Shown here in pieces: positions 39,616 to 48,078 of a DNA stretch of 64,000 nucleotides. The stretch covers positions 64,713-128,712 of the forward strand of contig JAFGIP010000097.1 in the NCBI GenBank assembly GCA_016929525.1. Reading direction: 5' to 3'. Position 1 is the stretch's first letter. Each line of letters opens with the position of its first letter. The translations under genes and the position numbers were made by a program. Source of the DNA: Bacteroidales bacterium. Its GTDB lineage: Bacteria; Bacteroidota; Bacteroidia; Bacteroidales; UBA10428. The notes beneath the pieces are model-generated. The model was not told where the DNA came from. It did no database searches and was given only the letters and a program-made list of their open reading frames with translations.

Positions 39616-40428
39616 ATGGAAAACTCGTTTTATGAAACAATTACCTCCAGGAACCTGGGTTTGATTGATGAGGAGGAACAGGAAAAAATCAGGAAATCAA
39701 AAGTTGCCATTTGTGGACTGGGAGGGATCGGAAGTCCGCTATCTGAAATGCTTTTACGCCTGGGGGTTGGAAATTTCAATATTCTGGATCACGGTACTTT
39801 TGAACCAACCAACTCTAACAGGCAGATATACAGTTATACCGATACGGATGGTCTTAGGAAAACAGATGTTACAGAACAATATTTTAAAAAAGTAAATCCG
39901 GATGTCATGGTGAAGAAGTTTACAAAACTTACTGATGAGAATGTTGAGGAGTTTATTAAGGATGCAAATATGGTTATTCTGGCTGTAGACGCAATGTCAC
40001 CAATTCTATTGCTTTCAAGGGCAGCAAGAAAAAATTCTGTTCCGCTCATCGAGGGTTGGGCACTGGCATTTGGGAATGTACGTATATTTACAGATAATAC
40101 GCCTACTTTGGAGGAAGTATATAATTTTCCGACAGTTGGAAGGGATGTTTCTGATATTTCAGAAGAAGAACAGCAGACGTTGCTTTACAGTTCAATATTT
40201 CAGGTTGCAGAATCTTTCGGGGGAATTATGAGGCACTACCCGGAGCGTGCTGTAAAAAAAATGCAGGAGAAAAAGGTAGGGACTACCCTGGCTCCGCTTG
40301 TTTGGTTATCGTCGACAATGATGGCTATTGAAGCAATGAAAATAATTCTGGGCAGGGGGGAGCTGGCATTAGCTCCTAAATTCAGGGTTTATGACCCGTT
40401 TACTTTTACCAGCCAATTGTCAAAATAA
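39616..40428 (+). CDS. ThiF/MoeB/HesA-family E1-like adenylyltransferase (orphan)
   Basis: 270 aa. Nucleotide-binding KVAICGLGGIGS and NSNRQIY...GL.K motif. No CxxC zinc pairs, no rhodanese domain, and no adjacent ThiS/MoaD-like ORF. Confidence 0.7.
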   Translation: MENSFYETITSRNLGLIDEEEQEKIRKSKVAICGLGGIGSPLSEMLLRLGVGNFNILDHGTFEPTNSNRQIYSYTDTDGLRKTDVTEQYFKKVNPDVMVKKFTKLTDENVEEFIKDANMVILAVDAMSPILLLSRAARKNSVPLIEGWALAFGNVRIFTDNTPTLEEVYNFPTVGRDVSDISEEEQQTLLYSSIFQVAESFGGIMRHYPERAVKKMQEKKVGTTLAPLVWLSSTMMAIEAMKIILGRGELALAPKFRVYDPFTFTSQLSK

Positions 40429-40576
40429 ACCAACATAAATTTATTTATTGGTGTTAAAGGGGATTAATGTTTTTGCTAATGCATTGTTTAAAATGGAATG
40501 ATGGAATATTTGGTATTAATATATAGTTCTTATTTATATTATTCTATTTAAGTTATTTTCTATTTGCATCTCATAA

Positions 40577-41578
40577 TCAAGCCAGATACTTTTTTAAAAT
40601 ATACTCATACTTAGCTTCAAGTTCCTGGTCAATCTGCATTCTTTCAGGTTTTTCTTCAAACCATGCTATTGACTCGCGCATACCTTCTTCATATGTTTTT
40701 ACTGCACCCCAGTTTTTAACAACGCTCTTTATTTTTGAATTATCGAAAACCATAGACCTGCATTTGTCGCCCAACAATCCTTCTCCCCATTCAGGTTCGT
40801 ATCTGTTGATAAACTCTGAAGGAATATAAACCGGCTTGGGTTCGATTCCCAGTATTTTACCAATAATTGCATAAAGCTGGTTCCAGGTGTGAACCTCGTC
40901 GGAGGTAACATGAAAATGATTATTTACTGCTTCTGCATTGCCGTATAATCCTGTGAGAGCGCTGGCAAGATCAGTGTTATGTGTCATTACCCATAACGAT
41001 TCACCATCACCATGTACGATAATGGGCAATTCTTTTCTCATACGGTAGATCGGATTATACTCTCGTGCAGAGAGTCCTGTAGGTAACCATGATTTCCCAT
41101 ATGTATAAGATGGCCTCACTATGGTATATGTTAATTTAGTTTGACTGGTAAGTAGTTTTTCACATGCAATTTTATCGCCGGCATATTTCCAGAACTTATT
41201 TTCCAGTGGACAGTCTTCGGTAATAATGTAATTGTCGGGTGGTTTTTTATATACTGTAGCAGAACTGATAAAAATATACTGACTTGTTTTGCCGGCAAAG
41301 CAATCAATACTGGTTTGCATCTGGTCAGGAGTAAAACACATAAAATCGGTAATAACATCGAAAGGGCCAAATTTATCAATTTGCCGAAGTTCCATGATAT
41401 TATTACGATCACCGGTAACTGTTATTACATTTTCAGATGCTTCACCCTTTTGTTTATTTCTGTTGAAATGATACACCTCGTGACCATTTTTCAAAGCATC
41501 GAGGGTGCATGCAGAAGAAATGTTTCCTGTACCGCCAATAAATAGGATTTTCATATACAGATTTTTTCTGTCATACAA
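40577..41578 (-). CDS. NAD-dependent epimerase/dehydratase-family SDR, downstream of crtB
   Basis: 333 aa; likely start M9 (nt 41554, MKILFIGGTGNISS). Rossmann GGTGNIS and catalytic YAGDK (YxxxK). Confidence 0.7.
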   Translation of the reverse strand: MYDRKNLYMKILFIGGTGNISSACTLDALKNGHEVYHFNRNKQKGEASENVITVTGDRNNIMELRQIDKFGPFDVITDFMCFTPDQMQTSIDCFAGKTSQYIFISSATVYKKPPDNYIITEDCPLENKFWKYAGDKIACEKLLTSQTKLTYTIVRPSYTYGKSWLPTGLSAREYNPIYRMRKELPIIVHGDGESLWVMTHNTDLASALTGLYGNAEAVNNHFHVTSDEVHTWNQLYAIIGKILGIEPKPVYIPSEFINRYEPEWGEGLLGDKCRSMVFDNSKIKSVVKNWGAVKTYEEGMRESIAWFEEKPERMQIDQELEAKYEYILKKYLA

Positions 41579-41618
41579 TCTAATGTCGGAACAGGAAAGT
41601 TAAATAAATAAATCGATG

Positions 41619-42548
41619 TTACCCTAATTTGTTGATTATTTGCTGAACACGGTATTTAATTTCATAAGGTTTTGGGTTCAGCTCTTCGGTTGTAAAAGTA
41701 CCATTTTCAATATCAATACGTTCAAAAACCTGAAGGTATAGATTGAAGATAATGTGCAGGCTTAACCTGTAAATGGGGTCAAGCTGCGGGTCAAGTATCG
41801 GGAGAATATTTTCGGTTTCTTTTTTATACTTTTCTGCCAGCATGTAATATTCTTTTATCATGGCCCTGAATTCAGAAGTTACTTTTGACTGTTCTGCCAT
41901 TTGCTTAAGCTCATACGCTTTGATATTGTACTTATCGAGCAGGTTATTGGCAAAATAATTCAGGTTGTTCTTCTGGTCTTTCTGAAAATCGCGTATAATA
42001 TGCACCAGGTAGCTGAATAATGCACATGGCCGTGCATAATCCTCAACATTAAAATAGGGTTCTGTAATACTCCCGTTTGTTTTTTTCAAACAGCAGAGGT
42101 GTACAAATACAGAAGCCGGGGCTACTGATGCACCTTCGGCATAATCAATGAATGAGTCAACAGTATCGAAACCGGTATGATTGATATCGTAAATCATTGA
42201 TAGGGCAAAATTATAAAACAATGTGACGGGTATTTTGAAACGTTCAATGGTGTCCTTTACTTCTGTAAACAGAGGATCGTTCGATGAAAGAGATTCCAGG
42301 CAGTTAATCCAGTAATATACTTCATTAATATAACTTTCCTTTTCTTCTTCTTTAAAACACCCGTTTACTGCCTTATTATTGTCAATTAAGTCGTCAATTT
42401 TGCGCATAAATTTATAACAGGTTTTTGCTGCAACATACCTGTCTTCTTCCCAAAACCTGGCTGCAATAAGAATATTGGGATGGTCCTTTATCTCTTCAAA
42501 ATTGATGCTTTTTATTATATCGGCCGGTTTTATCTCTGCTATATTCAT
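41619..42548 (-). CDS. crtB: Phytoene/squalene synthase family protein
   Basis: 309 aa. Two Asp-rich motifs (DDLID and DFQKD). Sits 11 nt after crtI. Confidence 0.7.
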   Translation of the reverse strand: MNIAEIKPADIIKSINFEEIKDHPNILIAARFWEEDRYVAAKTCYKFMRKIDDLIDNNKAVNGCFKEEEKESYINEVYYWINCLESLSSNDPLFTEVKDTIERFKIPVTLFYNFALSMIYDINHTGFDTVDSFIDYAEGASVAPASVFVHLCCLKKTNGSITEPYFNVEDYARPCALFSYLVHIIRDFQKDQKNNLNYFANNLLDKYNIKAYELKQMAEQSKVTSEFRAMIKEYYMLAEKYKKETENILPILDPQLDPIYRLSLHIIFNLYLQVFERIDIENGTFTTEELNPKPYEIKYRVQQIINKLG

Positions 42549-42559
42549 GATAAGAAAAA

Positions 42560-44047
42560 TTAGCTGTAATATTTAATTATTTTTTCAGAGGAAAGCTTTG
42601 CTGATAACAGCGCCATAGGGATTCCGTTTCCCGGATGTGTACTTCCTCCGACAAAGAACAGATTCTTGTATTTTTTATGTTGATTGTGAGGGCGCATAAA
42701 ACCCATCTGCAGTAAATTATGGCTTAAGCTTCCAAATGTTGCTCCACGTGATAAATTAAAAATAGTTTTCCAGGTCTGGGGTGTATAGCACACCTCAAAT
42801 TTTATATGTTCTTCAAAATCGGTTATTCCTTCCTCCATGAACCTTCGAAAGATTGCATCGCGTGCTTGTTGCTTCAATGAATTCCAGTTCTTTGGATTCG
42901 ATTCATCAATGTGGCCAGCCGGGACAATTGCTGAAATAGAGTCTTGGTTTACAGGTGCAGCGGTTTTATCCGATTTACATGCCGCGTGGATATAAAAACT
43001 GGGATCGTCAGAAAGTGACTTTGATTTAAAAAGAGTAACGATATTTTCTTTATAATCTCTCGATACGAATACATTATGCTGCTCAAAGTTGTTGTAAATT
43101 TTATCCATGCCCCAGTGGAATACAAAAGCAGAACAGGTATATTTAAGTTTGTTAACTCTGGTACTTTGTTTTGTACGAGGTAATAAATCATTGTAGACGT
43201 AAGGTAGGTCGGCATTAGAAATAATGATATCTGCAGTATCACATGAACTGTCGGTAAATCTGACCCCTGTTGCTTTGTTATTTTCAATCTGTATTTTTTC
43301 GGCAACCTTATTATAGTTTATTGTTACTCCGAATTCCTGAGCTATTTCCAGAAGATTCTCAATAACCCTGAACATACCACCTTTTGGATACCAGACTCCT
43401 TCTGTCAATTCTAAGAAAGGGAGCATAGAGAACAGGGCAGATGCCGTGAACGGATTCTGACCTACATAAATATTCTGGAATGTAAAAGCAATTTTCAATA
43501 ATTCATTTTTAAAGTATTTGTTTGTGAATTCGTAGTGTTTATTAAAAGCTTTTAATCTTAATAAAAGAATAAGATTTTTCAGATTGAAGGAATCGGTTGC
43601 TTTGTAATAATTTCTGTCAATAATATGTTTCATCGACAGCTTATAAGAGCTATAACTTTGTGCCATGTAAGCTAAAAAATTTTTGTAGCTGCCCGGTTCA
43701 ATCGATTCGAGTTGCTGCTGAAGTGATGCAAGATCTGATGTGAAATTCAACTCCTGTCCATTTATGTACTTGATCCGGTAAATAGGGTCCATTCTGTAAA
43801 GCTCCAACTCTTTCTCGAGTTCTTTACCAAATGAAGCATATGTTTCACGGTAAATATCTGTCATCATAAGCAAGGTGGCACCAATATCAAAACGATGACC
43901 ATCCTTGGTGAAATTTCCACAACGTCCGCCGGCATAGTCATTTTTCTCATAAATCCTAACATCAAATTTATTCTGTGCCAGATGGATTGCTGTAGTGATA
44001 CCCCCTATGCCAGCTCCGATAATGATTACTTTTTTTCCTTTCCCCAT
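42560..44047 (-). CDS. crtI: Phytoene desaturase (CrtI type)
   Basis: 495 aa. VIIIGAGIGGITTAIHLA...YEKNDYAGGR FAD fold and C-terminal FFVGGSTHPGNGIPMAL motif. Confidence 0.85.
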   Translation of the reverse strand: MGKGKKVIIIGAGIGGITTAIHLAQNKFDVRIYEKNDYAGGRCGNFTKDGHRFDIGATLLMMTDIYRETYASFGKELEKELELYRMDPIYRIKYINGQELNFTSDLASLQQQLESIEPGSYKNFLAYMAQSYSSYKLSMKHIIDRNYYKATDSFNLKNLILLLRLKAFNKHYEFTNKYFKNELLKIAFTFQNIYVGQNPFTASALFSMLPFLELTEGVWYPKGGMFRVIENLLEIAQEFGVTINYNKVAEKIQIENNKATGVRFTDSSCDTADIIISNADLPYVYNDLLPRTKQSTRVNKLKYTCSAFVFHWGMDKIYNNFEQHNVFVSRDYKENIVTLFKSKSLSDDPSFYIHAACKSDKTAAPVNQDSISAIVPAGHIDESNPKNWNSLKQQARDAIFRRFMEEGITDFEEHIKFEVCYTPQTWKTIFNLSRGATFGSLSHNLLQMGFMRPHNQHKKYKNLFFVGGSTHPGNGIPMALLSAKLSSEKIIKYYS

Positions 44048-44315
44048 TCAGAAACGCTAATTGAAATTAGAAATCAGGTTACATTTAGTCACCTTTCCTG
44101 CAACATAAATAGTAACTACAAAGAAAAATAAATTCATTCCAAAAACAATTCATTTTGACATATATTCAGTAAAACTGAAGTTGTCTTTTTATTCTAAAAA
44201 CATTTATAGTTGCTGATACCGGAAAATCTACCACCGCACTTATCATTTAAACTGCCTTCAGAACAGACAACTTCAATTTTGAAAAGATGCCTGATACCTG
44301 TACCAAGCCATATTA

Positions 44316-44708
44316 TTATTTTGATTCTTTTTTGCTTTCTTTCTTTTCTTCTTTGCCATGTTTCATATCGGCAACTTTTTCCATAATATCCGGCACTTTA
44401 TCAATAAGAGCATTTAAACCTTTGCTTTTATCAGAAGGAATAAAGCTAATTTCATCGCCTTTTGCAACGAGAAATCCAACAGGTGAGATTCCAATGCCGG
44501 CTACAGCACCACCACCTGTTCCATTACATTTGCGTTTAGGATCGTCGCCGGAGCCACCACCGCTTCCAAACCCAACGCCAATGCGTATTACAGGTTTGCA
44601 GGTATAGTTACCTATCTGGAATTCTTCTCCGAGTACGGTTTCGGTTTTTGTCATTGATTTAACATGTTCCGAAATTTTGTCTAATAATTGATCTACATTG
44701 TTTTCCAT
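44316..44708 (-). CDS. GerW/YtfJ (Spore_YtfJ) family protein
   Basis: 130 aa. ...IRIGVGFGSGGGSG...GTGGGAVAGIGISPVGFLVAKGDEISFIP...LIDKVPDIMEKV closely follows the B. subtilis YtfJ pattern. Confidence 0.8.
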   Translation of the reverse strand: MENNVDQLLDKISEHVKSMTKTETVLGEEFQIGNYTCKPVIRIGVGFGSGGGSGDDPKRKCNGTGGGAVAGIGISPVGFLVAKGDEISFIPSDKSKGLNALIDKVPDIMEKVADMKHGKEEKKESKKESK

Positions 44709-44713
44709 AGTTT

Positions 44714-45235
44714 TTAGTTTTTATTAATAATATATGTTCTTATTGCCTGCCATAATAATTTATATAGCCTTGTATATATGTTACAATCAATGGAATTGTG
44801 ATCTTCAAAATTTATATTTAATCTGATATTATAATGTCTCAAAACACTCGAAACCGGAATGAGCTGAGCATTCAGCGGGAAATCACCGGTATCGAGATCC
44901 GCTCTGAATTTGTCTATCCGTAAGCATTTCAATACCCTGATCAGAAATCTGGCATATAAATGGGGATTCTTCCTTTTGACTTTCATATTTCTTTTTTCCT
45001 GTCTTTCTTCAAAACTTTTATGATACACATTTTTTAATTTCATGGTAATCCTTATAAATAGTATCCATATTCTGACTTTCCATTCTGGTTCTGTCATAAT
45101 TAACCTGGCACTGAAAAACCCGTTTAAAGTAACTCTATACTTTCTATCGTCTGTATTTACCTGTAGTTTCAGAGGAACAGTCAACATTAACAGAAATATT
45201 AGTATAATAACCGATATGATGATTATTGTAATCAT
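44714..45235 (-). CDS. Membrane protein, YtfI/DUF2953-like (tentative)
   Basis: 173 aa. One N-terminal TM helix and a basic middle. Ends 5 nt upstream of the GerW-family gene, the same pairing as ytfI-ytfJ. The family call is tentative. Confidence 0.45.
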   Translation of the reverse strand: MITIIIISVIILIFLLMLTVPLKLQVNTDDRKYRVTLNGFFSARLIMTEPEWKVRIWILFIRITMKLKNVYHKSFEERQEKRNMKVKRKNPHLYARFLIRVLKCLRIDKFRADLDTGDFPLNAQLIPVSSVLRHYNIRLNINFEDHNSIDCNIYTRLYKLLWQAIRTYIINKN

Positions 45236-45324
45236 TTAATCTGTTTTGAAGCAAATATATATTGGACATTATTCCCTGGAAAGGAGGAATAGGTGAATGT
45301 GGAAATAAGGTAGGTAAACGAAAA

Positions 45325-46023
45325 TTAATTTGCGGTAATTTGTTTTAACTGGATATCAATGTTTTTTTCATCTGAAATTTTGATTTTCGCGTATTTCCCT
45401 GATCTGAAAGGTCCCGGATTGACTATTTTACAGCCATAAACTGTATCTACACCGATCCCTTCATGTATATGACCGGTTAGATATAATAGTGGTTTTTTGT
45501 TTAAAATGAAGTTTCGTAGTGTTTTACTGCCAACATGCATTCCAAAAAGCAGTTTGTCATTTAGCGTTTTGTGCGGAGGTTGATGGGAAACAACGATCAG
45601 GTCTGAATTGGGTTTGATGCTGAAATCCATGGAATTAATAAAATTTTCATATTCTTTTTCGGTGTATTCAATTGGAGTTTTACCCGGGCAGGGCAATGAG
45701 CCGCCAAACCCTGTGAAATTAAAATTATTAAATGTGATTAACTTATTGTGTAGATTTATACTGATTTCGTTTAAATATTCCTGGACTTTTAAAGTATCGC
45801 AATTCCCGGGTACTGCAAGTATTTTACTATTCAATATTTTTATCTTATTAATAATATTTTCCACTTCAGAGGTACCTCCGAAATGTGTTATATCCCCTGA
45901 AATAATAACCAGATCCGATGTACTTAACTCATAATCAATTTTATCAATAAGATATACAGCACCATGAATATCAGTCAGGTGTAAAATATTAAAATTGTAG
46001 CTGCTAATAGTCGAAACAGACAT
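45325..46023 (-). CDS. Calcineurin-like metallophosphoesterase
   Basis: 232 aa. Motifs LTDIHG, SGDITHFG, PGNCD and TGHIH. Confidence 0.8.
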   Translation of the reverse strand: MSVSTISSYNFNILHLTDIHGAVYLIDKIDYELSTSDLVIISGDITHFGGTSEVENIINKIKILNSKILAVPGNCDTLKVQEYLNEISINLHNKLITFNNFNFTGFGGSLPCPGKTPIEYTEKEYENFINSMDFSIKPNSDLIVVSHQPPHKTLNDKLLFGMHVGSKTLRNFILNKKPLLYLTGHIHEGIGVDTVYGCKIVNPGPFRSGKYAKIKISDEKNIDIQLKQITAN

Positions 46024-46140
46024 TGGTAAGCTTAATATGCTTTAATACCTTTATCACTAAAATTATTTAAATCTGATAACAATACCAATGTAAGCATAAA
46101 AAGCTGCTGGAGAGGGCAATAACTTAAACTGAAGTTTTAT

Positions 46141-46776
46141 ATGGACAATATACTGGTAATAGGTGCCAATGGAAAAATCGGCAGACTTCTTATAAAAGAA
46201 CTGAACAAACTTGGAAAATCAGTATTTGGAATGATACGTTCCGATTCACAGGCTAATACAATAAGAGAGCTTCGGGCAGTGCCTTTGGTAGCCGACCTGG
46301 AAAGAGATTTCTCTTTTGTTTTCAATAATATCGACTGTGTGGTTTTTACCGCCGGAAGTGGTTCGCACACAGGAACTGATAAAATAATCCTGGTTGATGA
46401 AAAAGGTGCCATTAAAAGTATAGATCTGGCAATACAAAACAACATTAAAAGATTTGTAATGGTTAGCGTACAGGGAGCCAGAGACCCTGAAAATGCTTCC
46501 AGGATTCAACATTATTACAGGGCAAAACACAATGCAGATGATCATCTTATCAGATCGGGCCTGGAATATACTAAATTTCGTCCGGGCAGATTTTTAATTG
46601 AACCGGGAAACGGAAAAGTTATGATTTCTGATCATTATGAAGACAGCGGATCAACACATCGTAGTAATCTGGCACTGGCTATAGCTTTATCAATAGATAT
46701 GCCTAATACAGGAAACAGAATTATTGAAATATTCAGTGGGGAAACCGATGTATATGAGGCGCTGAAAAACTTATAA
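46141..46776 (+). CDS. NAD(P)H-binding atypical SDR (YhfK-like)
   Basis: 211 aa. ILVIGANGKIGR Rossmann motif; about 210 aa as in NmrA/YhfK-like proteins. Confidence 0.7.
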   Translation: MDNILVIGANGKIGRLLIKELNKLGKSVFGMIRSDSQANTIRELRAVPLVADLERDFSFVFNNIDCVVFTAGSGSHTGTDKIILVDEKGAIKSIDLAIQNNIKRFVMVSVQGARDPENASRIQHYYRAKHNADDHLIRSGLEYTKFRPGRFLIEPGNGKVMISDHYEDSGSTHRSNLALAIALSIDMPNTGNRIIEIFSGETDVYEALKNL

Positions 46777-47001
46777 GAGATAATATGAATTTATTTTAAC
46801 GACCTATATATAAAGGGAATGCCGGCTAAAAAACCGGCAATGTTCCCAAAAAACCAAAACCATGAAAACAAAAAACAAAAATAATGCTAATTATCATTTA
46901 AAATGAAATTTCACATTATATTCTTTTCCTGTTTGGCACAATATACGTATCTCTGATCTATTTTCCCACTTTTTTTCGTTTATTCTTTTTCATCTTGTAT
47001 C

Positions 47002-47050
47002 AAAAAATAGTGCAATTCAATACTTATATTGGACATATGAAAGAATTGCA
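47002..47050 (-). terminator. Possible terminator of the EPS operon
   Basis: The minus strand reads TGCAATTC - 24-nt loop - GAATTGCA followed by CTATTTTTTG. The hairpin begins 49 nt after the stop at 47099. The large loop lowers confidence. Confidence 0.3.
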
Positions 47051-47098
47051 CAGATAAGCGCAGAGACAATTATACTTTGTAAGTATTGAAAGAACTGT

Positions 47099-48073
47099 TT
47101 ACTTATTTATCTGAAATTTAATATAAACAATACCAAAAAGTTCTCTAAGATTATTTAAACGACGATTAAGCAGTTTATCATTTTTATATACTTCCAGGGC
47201 GGTAATGCCCACCTTATTTTTATTTTTTATGCATTTTAAGAATGCTGTATATGTTCTTCTTGTATGCGGGTAACGTGAGATTATAATAACAGAATAATTT
47301 CTTTTTCCAAACAGACTGTCCATTTTTGAGACAGTTATCTGGGCATTCTCATAGGTTTTTGATGATTCGAATTCATTAATGCTTACCGACAGAATATTCT
47401 GTTCCTCGATACCCATGTAAATAAGATCTTTTTTAATGCGGTTAGCTTTTGTTTGGGCGAGATGATACTTAACGGTACCGGAATGTGAATGAACATAATA
47501 ACATACATTATCGCGATTTATCGGCCACGTATGATCGTTTATAGAAACATAGGATATCAGCAAGTTTCGGTCTTCATTTTTAAAAACTTTGTCGTTATGA
47601 AAGCGAATAGTAACACTGTCGATTTCTTTCTCAGAAGTTTTAAAACAATATTTAAGGGGTTTTGTTGTTGCATATCTGCTACCTAGCAATTTATCATTTG
47701 CGAAAACACTGAATTTTGCATTTTCTTGTCTGACACGTTCACCAAATGCTTCAATAATGATATTCACCGAATCAGAAGTACTTGATTTATAGTCAGTCTG
47801 GACAACCACATCACCATTGCGCCATAAACGAAAGAACTCAGGCATTTTAATTCCTGTAGTTACGATAATATTATAATCACCTTCAATAAACAGTTCTTCA
47901 GCATAATTTAGCTCATCCTTATCGAGCCAACCTTCAAGAATAAGTACATTGGCCTGTTTGTTTTCTTTTTTAAAACATAAAAAATTGAAAAGAACATCAC
48001 CTGATAAATACCATAATGCATAAATAACGACCGGTACTATGAGAAGGGCCAGGTGCTTTCTGTTTATTTTCAT
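47099..48073 (-). CDS. DUF218 (YdcF/SanA/ElyC) family membrane protein with an inserted carbohydrate-binding-like domain
   Basis: 324 aa. N-terminal TM. DUF218 halves VLILEGW...IIVTTG and SKTYENAQ...IISRYPHTRR are separated by about 140 aa containing FHNDKVFKNEDRNLLISYVSIND (nt 47534-47572). Confidence 0.55.
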   Translation of the reverse strand: MKINRKHLALLIVPVVIYALWYLSGDVLFNFLCFKKENKQANVLILEGWLDKDELNYAEELFIEGDYNIIVTTGIKMPEFFRLWRNGDVVVQTDYKSSTSDSVNIIIEAFGERVRQENAKFSVFANDKLLGSRYATTKPLKYCFKTSEKEIDSVTIRFHNDKVFKNEDRNLLISYVSINDHTWPINRDNVCYYVHSHSGTVKYHLAQTKANRIKKDLIYMGIEEQNILSVSINEFESSKTYENAQITVSKMDSLFGKRNYSVIIISRYPHTRRTYTAFLKCIKNKNKVGITALEVYKNDKLLNRRLNNLRELFGIVYIKFQINK

Positions 48074-48078
48074 AAGAT

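Noticed and set aside
40838-40850. tRNA T-arm-like sequence GGGTTCGATTCCC on the plus strand
   Set aside because: It lies inside a well-supported minus-strand SDR coding region. The flanks provide no complementary acceptor stem (3' side GTATTTT has no AAAATAC about 60 nt upstream) and no anticodon arm. Judged a chance match.
44287-44607. 106-aa plus-strand ORF with a Pro-rich tail (PATAPPPVPL...PPPLPNPTP)
   Set aside because: It is antisense to the Gly-rich core of the GerW/YtfJ-family gene, so GGN codons read as NCC (Pro). The minus-strand protein has a clear family match.
46820-46839. Hairpin TGCCGG-ctaaaaaa-CCGGCA after the YhfK-like SDR gene
   Set aside because: No U-tract follows on the plus strand; on the minus strand the T-run falls in the loop. 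Not convincing as a terminator.
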